This document shows positions 25,247-40,900 of a DNA stretch of 64,000 bases, one piece after another (the stretch's first letter is position 1; every line of letters begins with the position of its first letter). The translations under genes and the position numbers were made by a program. The notes under the pieces are model-generated. The model did not search any database and was not told the DNA's origin. It was given only the letters and a program-made list of their open reading frames with translations. Origin of the DNA: Amphiscolops sp. MND2022 (Eukaryota); the NCBI GenBank assembly GCA_964187785.1, contig OZ076409.1, positions 73,286,001 to 73,350,000 on the forward strand, in the 5' to 3' direction.

Positions 25247-27229
25247 GTGGGCGGGGGTAATTCCCCTTCAAAAAATTCGGCCGGCGGGTTGGGTCCTGCC
25301 GGACGTCAAATAGTGTGAAACATCCAGTAGGAAACGGCGACATTTATCAGCGATTTTAAAATTGAACCGTTAGAATTTGGACTTGGAGTGCATGCGGGCC
25401 CAAAATGCCCATACGAATCGAAGTTCCTGCTGACGTTAAGCGATAAAAACACTTTATAAAAAGTTATGGCCCATTTTACGTTCACTTAGAGAGGTAAAAT
25501 GAGGAAAATTTTAACAAAGTTGCTGATAACTCAAAATACATTAATTTTTGGACTTTGACTGTGAAACAAGCTTGGAACCTTCATTTCGTGGCTGTGGCAT
25601 TGCACTGAACACAAAAGATGTAAAGTTTTCACATTTTTTGAAAATTCGACATTTTTGAATTTTTTTCACTACTATCAGTACACTATATGTCAAAAACACC
25701 TCAGAAAAAAATTTTTATTTGCTTAAATTTAGAAACCTCGGTATCCATGGTTTCCGTCAGTACCTACTCGCAGCCAAACACTCAACAAATTGCATCCAAT
25801 GTGAAAATAAAATTTTTTTCGGGGTCATAAGCGTTTCACAAGGATTTCTCAACTTAGTATTAATTTACAAAATGGTCATTTTGAACACAATATTTTCATC
25901 GAGGCTTGTCGGCTATAGCCTTAATGTTCTAGAACGGTCCCACTGGCAACGTAGGAACCATTTATAGTAATAGAAAGTTTTAAAAAAATTTTTTCATCCG
26001 GTCTTCAGTCATTTTTCAGTCATTCGGAACTTAACTTAGAAAAATTTCGACCAAAATACCCATTTTTTGTCAGGTCGAAAATTCAAATTCAGATTTTTAA
26101 GCAAAATTATTAACTCTGACGTAACTCATGGGGCCCATGATACTCAAAACAACAATTGACACTGGTATCAATGGCTCCAATAACATATGAGTCGCGATAA
26201 GACGTTATTTTGAGCAATACGTCTCAATTGAGGTAAAGATCTCGCAAGCCAGCGATCACTGTGAAATGTGATTTCATCAAAAATTTACTCATTTTTGTCA
26301 ATCACTATGTGCACAGAATGCGTAGGGTGCGTTTCAGCACTATAATGAGGTATTTGAAAGCATCGAGTTGCTCAAGGGGTGGTATGAGACCTTTTTGTCC
26401 CATATACTTCTGTATTTTCCAAAATTTTTAGCCCAATATCTGGAAATACAAACATGACAAAATACTTTCAACTACTTTATTCAAAGGTTACAATATAGAT
26501 GAACACTGTGGTTGATCAGAAACTTTCATCTCTTTCGTTTTCCGAAATATTTCCCTTCGCATGTGTTACATTTGTAGCAGAAAAAAAATCGATACAGAAA
26601 AATACGCTATTTTGCTAATATAGAATCGCAATGATTGTGCCTAAAAACTCTTTAAACACTTCTAACGCGACCTTACGCACCCAAAAAGATCGAAAAGGCT
26701 ATTCACAATGGTGACTTGTGCTCTTTCAACGATCCTGACTGAACAATTTTCGCAAATTATTCAAGTACCTGTTAACTGAATCTCGTGATAGCCTTTTAAG
26801 TTGGCCTTGTGTCAACTTGGGAAGGCTATCACATCAAAAAATTTTCAACAAAAATACTTTTTGTTTATTGAAAATGACAGTCGATATATAATTTCGTGAT
26901 TCTATGCTACCGTTAGTACCTTCCATTAAGTCACCTGACGATTGCATTCAGTCTTTGATAAATACCTATGAACTCGAAGTCATATTTATAAATTTTTTGC
27001 TAAAAATAAACATCAAAATTATCCAAATTTATTAAAATTGAGTCTTTATTGTTTTTGTTTCTCTTTTTCTACTGTTATTAGGCCCATCAACTTCCTACAG
27101 CCACGCTCTCTGTCATACTGTACAACGCCACATAGTGTTGCGACGTGCACGGTCTGTGGGCATGCCGAGGCATGCCCTTCGACGACGTATGCCGAATACC
27201 GCGGGCCTACGCCCGCGCTCCCCGGCTAG
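25247..27229 (+). mobile_element. Family A unit (1983 bp)
   Basis: Bounded by cores; same subtype as 959-2941 and 35972-37952. Confidence 0.8.
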
Positions 27230-30200
27230 GTGGGGGGGGATATATCTCCACTTTTTTTGCGACCGCGGGTAGGGTCCTGTCGGGAGCTTCTATTTACCAA
27301 GCTTACGGCGCTATATACTAGAGAAAATTTTTCCGGCACCGAACTTTTTTTTGAACCATAGGATTTGTACCATTTTTTGCATGCGGCCCTAATTTGGGCA
27401 TACAAGACGAAGTTCCTGCTGACGTTAAGCGATGGTTTCATTGTGTAACGAGATATAGCCACTTTTTGGTGCGAATTTTGAGGTATTTTTGAGAAAAATT
27501 TTACAAACAGCTCGAATGCAAAAAATTGAAAAACTTGTGACAATCGACCTATCACTGGTTTAAACCTTCGATTCTTTGCCCTAGCAATGCACTAGACCCA
27601 AAAGATCTAAAACTTTTACATTTTCCAAAAATTTGACCAAATTGACTCGGGTTTCACTACTATATGTAACCAATGTGACAAAAACACCTCAGAAAAAAAT
27701 TTTTATTTGCTTAAATTTAGAAACCTTGGTATCCATGGTTTCTGTCGGAACCTACTCGCAGCCAAACACTCAACAGTTTGCATCCAATGTGAATTTAAAT
27801 TTTTTTTCGAGGTCATAGGTGTTTCACAAGGATTTCACAACTTAGTTTCATATTACAAATTGGTCATTTTCAACATCATATTTCCATCGAGGCATGTCGG
27901 ATAGAGTCTTATTGCTTACGAACGGTCCTACTGGCAACGTGTTAACCATTTATAGAAATACAAAGTTATAAAAAAATTTTTTCACCCGTTCTTCCATCAT
28001 TTTTCAGACATTCGGAACTTATCTTTCCGAGAAAAATTTCGTCTCAAAAACCCATTTTTTGTCAGGTCGAAAACTTAAATTCAGCTTTTTAAGCACAATT
28101 ATTAACTCTGACGTAACCAGTGGGGCCCATGATACTCAAAACAACGATTGGGGTTGGTACCATTGGCTCAAATAACATATGAGTCGCGATAAGACGTTAT
28201 TTTTAGCCATACGTCTCAATTGAGGTAAACATCTCGCAAGCCAGGGATCTCTGTGAAATGTGATTTCATCAAAAAGTTACCCATTTTCGCCAATTACTAT
28301 GTGCACAGAGTGCGTAGGGTGAGTTTCAGCACTATAATGAGGTTTTTGAAGGATTCGGGTTGCTCAAAGGGTGGTATGAGACATTTTTTTCCCATATACT
28401 ACTGTATTTTCCAAAAACTTTAGCCCATTATCTGGAAAAACTAACTTGACAAAATACTTTCAGTTACTCTATTCGAAGCTTAGAATATAGATGAACACTG
28501 TGGTTGATCAGAAACTATTAACTATTTTGTTTTTAGAAAAAAACTGCCTTGCATGTGTTACATTAGTGGCAGGAAAAATACCAGTAGCTCCAAAAATCAA
28601 AAATTTGGACGGACAGACTTCCAATGATGCAAAACAAAAACGTTTCAACAACTTCTGACGCCACATTTTTTACCCAAGAGGTTCGAAAACACCATTAACA
28701 ATGCTGACATTCGCAATAAATAAGATCGAGGTCTATTTACTAACACTTAGGTTTTAAATATTTTTCTCGGAAACCCATTATTGTCAGGTCGCAAATTCAA
28801 ATTTGGTTTTGGAAGCAATACTTTTCACTCTGAAGCAAACCGTTGGGCCCAAAATACTCAACAACAACAAAAAGACTATCACCATATGCTCTAATAACAT
28901 ATGAGATGCGACTGTATGTTTTTAACACAATAACTCTCATTCTGAAGTAAACATGTTGAAAGCCTTGAATCACCGTGAGAAGTGATTTCATCAAAAAATA
29001 TTTCTTTTTCGTCAATCACTAAATACACAGAACCCGTTGTGTTAGTTTCAGTCGTGAAATGAGGTTCTACCGTAATATCGGTTGCTCAATGTGTTGTATA
29101 AGGCAAAAACTTCCTCTTTTCTACTAACTTCTTCAAATATTTCAACCCTTTGTCACACGAAGTTAATATTCAAAATCTCTTTGAAATGTTTCTTAAGGTT
29201 GTGGTGAATTGTTAGAACAATTACTATGATCGAAGAATGCTAGTATTGGTGTTTGGACCATGTCCGGATGAACAAATCGCAAAATCAAGAAAAAATTGTT
29301 TCCTTTTTTGGTTATTTTGGCAGTAATAAAAATGTTAGCTGATAAATAATTTTTTCGAAGGCACCATTGGATTCCGCTCAAAAAGTTGATTATAAGACAT
29401 GTGTAATAACCCCGTATCTTTTCAATTTAAATAAATTTAAAAAGCAAACTTTTTTGACGAAAATCCTAAAAATCATACCATTTCCTAAAAAATTTCAAAT
29501 GCACTCCATTTGACGTATAAGAATAGCACAGAAAACTATCATATACCGATCAACTCTACTCCCATTGTAGACTATTAGAATTTTGTTTTGATTGAATTTT
29601 GAAGAATATTAAAAAATTTTGAACCCTCCAAAAATGGACCAAAATTACACGAAAAAATTGACCTTAAAATTTTAAAATGTCAAAAAATCATCAAAACCAC
29701 AGCTTCTTGGGGTTCTATCAACTCCACGTGGTCCACAGAGTACGCTAAAACAGGTTTTACCTGTTTTTGAGCAATATGTGAAAAAGCCGACATTTTTGGG
29801 AAAGAAAAACATACCATTTCCTAAAATATTTCAAATGCACGCCATTTGCCGTATGAAAATAGCACAGAAAACTATCACATACCGATCAACTCTACTTTCA
29901 TTGTAGATGATTAGAAATTAGTTTAAATGAAAATTAGACGGATAATAAAAAAATATAAATCCTCCAAAAGTGGGCAAAAATTACACGAAAAAATTGTCCT
30001 TAAAATATTAAAATGTCGAATAATCATCAAAACCACAGCTTCTTGGGGTTCTATCAACTCCACATGGTCCACAGAGTACGCTAAAACAGGTTTTACCCGT
30101 TTTTGAGCAATATGTGGAAAAGCCGACATTTTTGGGAAAGAAAAACATAACATTTCCTAAAAAAATTCACATGCACGCCATTTGGCGTATAAGAATAGCA

Positions 30201-32002
30201 CAGAAAACTATCATATACCGATCAACTCTACTCCTATTGTAGATTATTAGAACTTTGTTTTGAATGAATTTTGATGGATAATAAAAAATTTTGAACCCTC
30301 CGAAAATGGGCTAAAATTACACGAAAAAATTGACCCTAAAATTTTAAAATGTCTAAAAATCATCAAAACCACAGCTTCTTGAGGTTCTATCAACTCCACA
30401 TGGCCCACAGAGTATGCCAAACCAGGTTTTGCGCGTTTTTGAGCAAAATTTAGGAAAGCCGATTTTTTTGAGGAAGAAAAACATATCATTTCCTAAAAAA
30501 CTTCAAATGCACGCCATTTGGCGTATAACAATAGCACAGAAAACTATCACATACCAATCAACTCTACTCTTTTTGTAGATTACCAGAAGTTTGCTTGGAA
30601 TAACTTTTGATGAATATTTATAAATTTTAAACCCTCCTAATATGGGCCAAAATCACACGGAAAAATTGACCCTAAGTATTAAAATGTCAGATATTCATCA
30701 AAACCCCAGCTTCTTGGGGTTCTATCATTTCCATATGACTTTCAGAGTATACCAAACAAGTTATTAACATTGGGCGATAATTAAAAAGACCAATTTTATT
30801 CTGAAGAAAACCATAATATGTTCAATATAAGAAGTGAATCATTCCACATATATACCCTGTCTAATATTCTAAATTAGCAAAAAAATATATACTTGATGTT
30901 TTTTGAATGTGAGCTTCATAAAAGGTTGAGATGTGATAATACGTAAATGGATTCCAAGTTTCATCGAAAAGTCAATGGAATACGTCCAATCAACTTCAAT
31001 CTTAACAATTCGATAACAAAAAACACTTAAGTACATTCCATCTCCCTATCGGGGAGATGAGAATGTACTTTTCAAAAACTAAAAACTTAGATCTTTCTAT
31101 CTTTTGTAACACTTACTGTAACAGCTGAAATGATGAAAGAATAATTATTCTTCTAATAACTTCAAGATTTTTTGCTTCACCTTTTATTTCTGCAGAACAA
31201 AACCATGAGACATACATATTTTTCGCAGTTAAGTTCGACTGTATTACCCAGTGAACAAAGGTATGACAGGAAGATTACAAGTAGTCTCAAAACTTTCCCG
31301 CCTTCCAAAATCATGAAACGTCTACACAACCAAGATAGTAAAGGAATGAATGTGGAATGCATCATTTTAGTTAAAATAAATAACGTGTAGAACTTACCTT
31401 TATCTGAAGATGACGTTGATTTATGATCTTTAGAGGATAGTTCAATTTTTGACCATAATAGTGCGAAACTAATTATTATATGAATAATGGCGTGGAAAGC
31501 GTTCAGAAATTGCAGTATTTTCGATTCGAGCATGTATGCGTGGGTTCCTTTGGTGGCATTAGCTTAGTGTACATGATGGAAGTTTTCGATCTATTATGAT
31601 AAAATTTACTCACAAGTCTTTGTTTTTCCTATTTTTTTATGCCATTAAGTACATTCATTCTATCCCCTTCTCTGGGAATGTACGTTTGCCAAATGACTGT
31701 CATCCAAATTTTGCATTCGCGAAGAGTTTAAATACATAAACACGTCTTTAGCGTTTCCAAATCACAACCGATTAACATTTTTTAAAATTTTTTTATGAAA
31801 ATTGATAATTTGTTTTGATTTTGGTATCTTCTACTTTTATCATCCATCATAACAAGCACCTTACCATGTCTCTCGCTTGTCTTCATTTTACAACGCCACA
31901 TAGCGTTCCGACTCCCACCGTCTGTGGGCATGCCGAGGCATGCCCTTCGACGACGTATGCCAACTACTTTTTATATCTACACCCGATTGCGGTAGCGGCT
32001 AG
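27230..32002 (+). mobile_element. Family B unit, subtype B3 with divergent left arm (4773 bp)
   Basis: First ~450 bp strongly diverged from other A/B units; remainder B-like. Confidence 0.8.
29474..30815 (+). repeat. Internal tandem repeat, 4 x ~336 bp
   Basis: Unit starts near 29474, 29810, 30146, 30482. Confidence 0.9.
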
Positions 32003-33984
32003 GTGGGCGGGGGTAATTCCCCTTCAAAAAATTCGGCCGGCGGGTTGGGTCCTGCCGGACGTCAAATAGTGTGAAACATCCAGTAGGAAACGGCGACATA
32101 AATCAGCGATTTTAAAATTTAACCGTTAGAATTCGGACTTGGAGTGCATGCGGCCCCAAAATGCCCATACGAATCGAAGTTCCTGCTGACGTTAAGCGAT
32201 AAAAACATTTTATAAAAAGTTATGGCCCATTTTACGTTCACCTATAAGGGTAAAATGAGGAAAATTTTTACAAAGTCGCTGATAACTCAAAATACATTAA
32301 TTTTTGGACTTTGACTGTGAAACAAGCTTAGAACCTTCATTTCGTGGCTGTGGCATTGCACTGAACACAAAAGCTGTAAAGTTTTTACATTTTTTGAAAA
32401 TTCGACATTTTTGATTTTTTTTCACTACTATCAGTACACTATATGTCAAAAACACCTCTGAAAAAAATTATTATTTGCTTAAAATTGGAAACCTTGGTAT
32501 CCATGGTTTCTGTCGGAACCTACTCGCTGCCAAACACCCAACAGTTTGCATCCAATGTGAATTTAAAATTTTTTTCGAGGTCATAAGTGTTTCACAAGGT
32601 TTTCATAACTTAGTATTAAACTACAAACTGGTCATTTTCAACATAATATCTTTGTCGAGGCATGTCGGATATAGTCCTATTGCTCACGAACGGTCCTACT
32701 GGCAACGTAATAACCATTTATAGAAATGTAAAGTTATAAAAAAAAATTTCACCCGGTCTTCAGTCATTTTTCTGTCATTCGGAACTTAACTTAGAAAAAT
32801 TTCGACCAAAATATCCATTTTTTGTCAGGTCGAAAAATCAAATTCAGATTTTTAAGCAAAATTATTAACTCTGACGTAACCCATGGGGCCCATGATACTC
32901 AAAACAACGATTGACACTGGTATCAATGGCTCCAATAACATATGAGTCGCGATAAGACGTTATTTTGAGCATTACGTCTCAATTGAGGTAAAGATCTCGC
33001 AAGCCAGCGATCACTGTGAAATGTGATTTCATCAAAAATTTACTCTTTTTTGTCAATCACTATGTGCACAGAATGCGTAGGGTGCGTTTCAGCACTATAA
33101 TGAGGTTTTTGAAGGCATCGAGTTGCTCAAGGGGTGGTATGAGACATTTTTGTCCCATATACTACTGTATTTTCCAAAATTTTTAGCCCAATATCTGGAA
33201 ATACAAACTTGACAAAATACTTTCAACTACTTTATTCAAAGGTTACAATATAGATGAACACTGTGGTTGATCAGAAACTTTCATCTCTTTCGTTTTCCGA
33301 AATATTTCCTTTCGCATGTGTTACATTCGTAGCAGAAAAAAAAATCGAAACTGAAAAATACGCAATTTTGCTAATATAGAATCGCAATGATTGTGCCTAA
33401 AAACTCTTTAAACACTTCTAACGCGACCTTACGCACTCAAAATGATCGAAAATGCTATTCACAATGGTGACAAGTGCTCTTTCTACGATCCTGACTGGAC
33501 AAGGTTAGCATATATTTCAAGTACCTGTCAGCTAAATCTTGTGATAGCCTTTTCAGTTGGCCTTGTGTCAACTTGGGAAGGCTATCACATCAAAAAACCA
33601 TCAACAACAATAATTCTTGTTTATTGGATCTTACAGTCGATACTTTTTTTCGTGATTCTATACTACCGTTAGTATATTTCATCAGGTCACCTTACGATTG
33701 CATTCAGTCTTTGATAAAAACCTATGAACTCAAAGTCACATTTATATATTATTTTGCCAAAAAAACATCCAAAATATCTAAAATATATGAAATAGAGTCT
33801 TTAACATTTTTACATTTCAAGTTTTTGCCGTTATTAGGCCCATCAACTTCCTACAGCCACGCTCTCTGTCATTAGTACAACGCCACATAGTGTTGCGACG
33901 TTCACGGTCTGTGGGCATGCCGAGGCATGCCCTTCGACGACGTATGCCGAATACCGCGGGCCTACGCCCGCGCTCCCCGGCTAG
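32003..33984 (+). mobile_element. Family A unit, mosaic (1982 bp)
   Basis: Left ~570 bp matches the 6208 subtype; the remainder matches other subtypes. Confidence 0.8.
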
Positions 33985-35971
33985 GTGGGCGGGGGTAATT
34001 CCCCAACAAAAATTACGGCCGGCGGGTTGGGTCCTGCCGGACGTCAAATAGCAAAGAATATCTAGTAGGAAACGGCGACACAGAATCGCGATTTTTAAAT
34101 CTAACCACAATTTTTTGGACTTGGAGTGCATGCGGCCCTGAAATGCCCATACGAATCGAAGTTCCTGCTGACGTTAAGCGATTGAAATAATATATAAAAA
34201 GTTATGGCCCATTTTTCACTCACAAAGAAGGGTAAAATGAGGAAATTTTTAACAAAGTCGCTGATAACTCAAAATGTGTTAATTTTTGGACTTTGACTGT
34301 GAAACAAGCTCGGAACCTTCATTTCGTGGCTGTGGCATTGCACTGAACACAAAAGATGTAAAGTTTTTACATTTTTTGAAAATTCGAAATTTTTGAAATT
34401 TTTTTCACTACTATCAGGACCCCATATGTCAAAAACGCCTCAGAAAAAATTTTTTATTTGCTTTAAATTGGAAACCTTGGTATCCATGGTTTCTGTCGGA
34501 TCCTACTCGCAGTCAAACACCCAACAGTTTGCATCCAATGTGGAAATAAAAATTTTTTCGGGGTCATAAGCGTTTCACAAGGATTTCTCAACTTAGTTTC
34601 AATTTACAAATTGGTCACATTGAACACATTATTTTCATCGAAGCGCGTCAGATACCGCCCTAAAGCTCACGAACGGTCCTACTGGCAACGTAGCAACCAT
34701 TTATAGTAATATAAAAGATTAAAAAATTTTTTTCACCCGGTCTTCAGTCATTTTTCAGTCATTCGGAACTTAACTTAGAAAAATTTCGACCAAAATACCC
34801 ATTTTTTGTCAGGTCGAAAAATCAAATTCAGATTTTTAAGCAAAATTATTAACTCTGACGTAACTCATGGGGCCCATGATACTCAAAACAACGATTGACA
34901 CTGGTATCAATGGCTCCAATAACATATGAGTCGCGATCGGACGTTATTTTGAGCAATACGTCTCAATTGAGGTAAAGATCTCGCAAGCCAGCGATCACTC
35001 TCAAATGTGATTTCATCAAAAATTTACTCACTTTTGTCAATCATTATGTGCACAGAATGCGTAGGGTGCGTTTCAGCACTATAATGAGATTTTTGAATGC
35101 ATCGAGTTGCTCAAGGGGTGGTACGAGACATTTTTGTCCCATATACTACTGTATTTTCCAAAATTTTTAGCCCAATATCTGGAAATACAAACTTGACAAA
35201 ATACTTTCAACTACTTTATTCAAAGGTTACAATATAGATGAACACTGTGGTTGATCAGAAACTTTCATCTCTTTCGTTTTCCGAAATATTTTCCTTCGCA
35301 TGTGTTATATTTGTATCACAAAAAAAAATCGAAACTGAAAAATACGCTATTTTGGTAATATAGAATCGCAATGATTGTGCCTAAAAACTCTTTAAACACT
35401 TCTAACGCGACCTTACGCACCCAAAATGATCGAAAATGCTATTCACAATGGTGACATGTGCTCTTTCAACAATCCTGGCTGGACAAGGTTTGCATATTTT
35501 TCAAGTACCTGTCAGCTGAATCTTGTGATAGCCTTTTCAGTTGGCCTTGTGTCAACTTGGGAAGGCTATCACATCAAAAAACCATCAACAAAAATAATTT
35601 TTGTTTATTGGATCTTACAGTCGATACTTTTTTTCGTGATTCTATACTACCGTTAGTATATTTCATCAGGTCACCTTACGATTGCATTCAGTCTTTGATA
35701 AAAACCTATGAACTCAAAGTCACATTTATATATTTTTTTGCCAGAAAATAACATCAAAAATATCTAAAATATATAAAATAGAGTCTTTAACATTTTTACG
35801 TTTCAAGTTTTTGCCGTTATTAGGCCAATCAACGTCCTAGAGCCACATCCTGCCACATACTGTACAACGCCACATAGTGTTGCGACGTGCACAGTCTGTG
35901 GGCATGCCGAGGCATGCCCTTCGACGACGTATGCCGAATACCGCGGGCCTACGCCCGCGCTCCCCGGCTAG
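33985..35971 (+). mobile_element. Family A unit, mosaic (1987 bp)
   Basis: Left part 8195-type; right end 2942-type (aacgtcctagagccacatcctgcc). Confidence 0.8.
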
Positions 35972-37952
35972 GTGGGCGGGGGTAATTCCCCAACAAAAAA
36001 TTCGGCCGGCGGGTTGGGTCCTGCCGGACGTCAAATAGTGTGAAACATCCAGTAGGAAACGGCGACATTTATCAGCGATTTTAAAATTTAACCGTTAGAA
36101 TTCGGACTTGGAGTGCATGCGGCCCCAAAATGCCCATACGAATCGAAGTTCCTGCTGACGTTAAGCGGTAAAAACATTTTATAAAAAGTTATGGCCCATT
36201 TTACGTTCACTTAGAGAGGTAAAATGAGGAAAATTTAAACAAAGTTGCTGATAACTCAAAATACATTAATTTTTGGACTTTGACTGTGAAACAAGCTTGG
36301 AACCTTCATTTCGTGGCTGTGGCATTGCACTGAACACAAAAGATGTAAAGTTTTCACATTTTTTGAAAATTCGACGTTTTTGAATTTTTTTCACTACTAT
36401 CAGTACACTATATGTCAAAAACACCTCTGAAAAAATTTTTTGTTTGCTTAAATTTAGAAACCTCGGTATCCATGGTTTCTGTCGGAACCTACTCGCAGCC
36501 AAACACTCAACAGTTTCCATCCAATGTGAAAATAAAATTTTTTTCGGGGTCATAAGCGTTTCACAAGGATTTCTCAACTTAGTATTAATTTACAAAATGG
36601 TCATTTTGAACACAATATTTTCATCGAGGCTTGTCGGCTATAGCCTTAATGTTCTAGAACGGTCCCACTGGCAACGTAGGAACCATTTATAGTAATAGAA
36701 AGTTTTAAAAAAATATTTTCACCCGGTCTTCAGTCATTTTTCAGTCATTCGGAACTTAACTTAGAAAAATTTCGACCAAAATACCCATTTTTTGTCAGGT
36801 CGAAAAATCAAATTAAGATTTTTAAGCAAAATTATTAACTCTGACGTAACCCATGGGGCCCATGATACTCAATACAACGATTGACACTGGTATCAATGGC
36901 TCCAATAACATATGAGTTGCGATAAGACGTTATTTTGAGCAATACGTCTCAATTGAGGTAAAGATCTCGCAAGCCAGCGATCACTGTGAAATGTGATTTC
37001 ATCAAAAATTTACTCATTTTTGTCAATCACTATGTGCACAGAATGCGTAGGGTGCGTTTCAGCACTATAATGAGGTATTTGAAAGCATCGAGTTGCTCAA
37101 GGGGTGGTATGAGACATTTTTGTCCCATATACTTCTGTATTTTCCAAAATTTTTAGCCCAATATCTGGAAATACAAACATGACAAATAACTTTCAACTAC
37201 TTTATTCAAAGGTTACAATATAGATGAACACTGTGGTTGATCAGAAACTTTCATCTCTTTCGTTTTCCGAAATATTTCCCTTCGCATGTGTTACATTTGT
37301 AGCAGAAAAAAAATCGATACTGAAAAATACGCTATTTTGCTAATATAGAATCGCAATGATTGTGCCTAAAAACTCTTTAAACACTTCTAGCGCGACCTTA
37401 CGCACCCAAAATGATCGAAAATGCTATTCACAATGGTGACATGTGCTCTTTCAACGATCCTGACTGAACAATTTTCGCAAATTATTCAAGTACCTGTTAA
37501 CTGAATCTCGTGATAGCCTTTTAAGTTGGCCTTGCGTCAACTTGGGAAGGCTATCACATCAAAAAATTTCCAACAAAAAACTTTTTGTTTATTGGAAATG
37601 ACAGTCGATATATAATTTCATGTGTCTATACTACCGTTAGTACCTTCCATTAAGTCACCTGACGATTGCATTCAGTCTTTGATAAATACCTATGAACTCG
37701 AAGTCATATTTATAAATTTTGTGCTAAAAATAACCATCAAAAGTATCCAAATTATTTAAAATTGAGTCTTTACCGTTTTTGTTTTTCTTTTTCTACTGTT
37801 ATTAGGCCCATCAACTTCCTACAGCCACGCTCTCTGTCATTAGTACAACGCCACATAGTGTTGCGACGTGCACGGTCTGTGGGCATGCCGAGGCATGCCC
37901 TTCGACGACGTATGCCGAATACCGCGGGCCTACGCCCGCGCTCCCCGGCTAG
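35972..37952 (+). mobile_element. Family A unit (1981 bp)
   Basis: Bounded by cores; 959/25247 subtype. Confidence 0.8.
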
Positions 37953-40900
37953 GTGGGCGGGGGTAATTCCCCAACTAAAAATTCGGCCGGCGGGTCGGGT
38001 CCTGCCGGCCGTCCAAAATCAAAATCCTACTAGTAGAAAACGGCATGTCAAACGAGCTATTTTTTTATTTAACCGTTAGAATTTGGGTTTAGATTGCATG
38101 CGGCCATGAAATGGCCATACGAATTGAAGTTCCTGCTGACGTTTTGCGATTGAAACACTTTATAAAAAGTTATGGCCAATTTGTCAGTCACCTAGAAGGG
38201 CAAAATGAGGAAAATTTTAACAAAGTCGCTGATATCTCAAAATGTGTTAATTTTTGGACTTTGACTGTGAAACAAGCTTGGAACCTTCATTTCGTGGCTG
38301 TGGCATTGCACTGAACACAAAAGCTGTAAAGTTTTCACATTTTTTGAAAATTCGACATTTTTGAAATTTCTTTCACTACCATCAGTACCCCATATGTCAA
38401 AAACACCTCAGAAAAAAATTTTTATTTGCTTTAAATTGGAAACCTTGGTATCCATGGTTTCTGTCGGAACCTACTCGCAGCCAAACACCCAACAGTTTGC
38501 ATCCAATGTGAAATAAAAAATTTTTTCGAGGTCATAAGCGTTTCACAAGGTTTTCATGATTTAGTATTAAATTACATAGTGGTCATTTTAAACATAAAAT
38601 TTTGGTCCAGGCATGTCGGATATAGTCTGAATGCTCACGAACGGTCCTACTGGCAACGTATGAACCATTTATAGTAATAAAAAGTATTAAAAAAATTTTT
38701 TCACCCGGTCTTCAGTCATTTTTCAGACATTCGGAACTTAACTTAGAAAATTTTCGAACCAAATACCCATTTTTTGTCAGGTCGAAAATTGAAATTCAGC
38801 TAATAAAGCAAAATTTTTTACTCTGACGTAACCAGTGGGGTCCATGATACTCAAAAATACGATTGGGACTGGTACCAATGGCTCCTATATCATATGAGCC
38901 GCGATAAGATGTTATTTCGAGCAATACGTCTCAATTGAGGTAAACATCTCGCAAGCCTGGGATCACAGTGAATTGTAATTTTATCAAAATTTTACTCATT
39001 TTTGTCAATCACTATGTGCACAGAGTGCGTAGGGGGAGTTGTAGCACTATAATGAGGTTTTTGAAGGCATCGGGTTGCTCAAGGGGTGGTATGAGACATT
39101 TTTTTCCTATATACTACTGTATTTTCCAAAACTTTTAGCCCATTATCTGCAAAAACTAACTTGACAAAATACTTTGAGTTACTCTACTCAAAGCTTAGAA
39201 CATAGATGAACACTGTGGTTGATCAGAAACTATTTACTATTTTGTTTTTAGAAAAAACTGCCTTGCATGTGTTACACTAGTGGCAGGAAAAATACCAGTA
39301 GCTCCAAAAATCACAAATTTGGACGGACAGACTTGCAATGATGCAAAGCAAAAACGTTTCAACAACTTCTGACGCCACTTCTTTTACCCAAGAGGTTCGA
39401 AAACGCCATTAACAAGGCTGACATTCGCAATAAATAAGATCGAGGTCCATTTACTAACACTTAGGTTTCAAATTTGTTTCTGAGAAACCCATTTTTGTCA
39501 GGTCGCAATTTCAAATTTAATTTGGGAAGCAAAATTTTTCACTCTGAAGCAAACCGCTGGGCCCAAATTACTCAAAAACAACAAAAAGACTATCACCATA
39601 TGCTCTAATAACATATGAGATGCGACAGTATGCTTTTAACACAAAAACTCTCATCCGAAGTAAACATGTTGAAAGCCTTGAATCACCGTGAGAAGTGATT
39701 TCATCAAAAAATATTTCTTTTTCGTCAATCACTATATACACAAAACCCGTTGTGTTAGTTTCAGCCGTGAAATGAGGTTCTACCGTAATATGGGTTGCTC
39801 AAGGTGTTGTATAAGAGAAAATCGTCCTCTTTTCTACTAACTTCTTCAAATATTTCGACCCTTTGTCACACGAAGTTAAAATTCAAAATCTCTTTGAATT
39901 GTTTCTTTAGGTTGGGATGAAGTGGTAGAACAATAACTTTGATCCAAGAATGCTAGTATTGGTGTTTGGACCATGTTTGGATGAACAAATCGCAAAATCA
40001 TGAAAAATTTGTTTCTTTTTTTGGTTATTTTGGCAGTACTAAAAATGTTAGCTGACAAATAATTTTTTCGATAGCACCATTGGATTCCGCTCAAAAAGTT
40101 GGTTATATGACATGTGTAATAACGCCGTATCTTTTCAATTTAAATATATTTAAAAAGCCAACTTTTTTGACCAAAATCCTAAAAATCATACCATTTCCTA
40201 AAAAATTTCAAATGCACCCCATTTGACGTATAACAATAGCACAGAAAACTATCATATACCGATCAACTCTACTCTCATTGTGGATTATTAGCATTTTGTT
40301 TTGAACGAATTTTGATGGATATTAAAAAATTTTGAACCCTCCAAATATGGGCCAAAATTACACGAAAAAATTGACCTTAAAATTTTAAAATGTCAAAAAA
40401 TCATCAAAACTACAGCTTCTTGGGGTTCTATCAACTCCACGTGGTCCACAGAGTACGCTAAAACAGGTTTTACCCGTTTTTGAGCAATATGTGAAAAAGC
40501 CGACATTTTTGGGAAAGAAAAACATCCCATTTCCTAAAAAAATTCAATTGCACGCCATTTGCCGTATGAGAATAGCACGGAAAACTATCACATACCGATC
40601 AACTCTACTTTTATTGTAGATGATTAAAAATTAGTTTAAAACAAATTTTGACGGATATTAAAAAATTTTAAACCCTTAAAAAATGGGCCAAAATTACACG
40701 AAAAAATTGACCTTAAAATTTTAAAATGTCACAAAATCATCAAAACCACAGCTTCTTGGGGTTCTATCAACTCCACGTGGTCCACAGAGTACGCTAAAAC
40801 AGGTTTTACCCGTTTTTGAGCAATATGTGAAAAAGCCGACATTTTTGGGGAAGAAAAAATAGGCATTTCCTAAAAAAATCAAATGCACGCCATTTGCCGT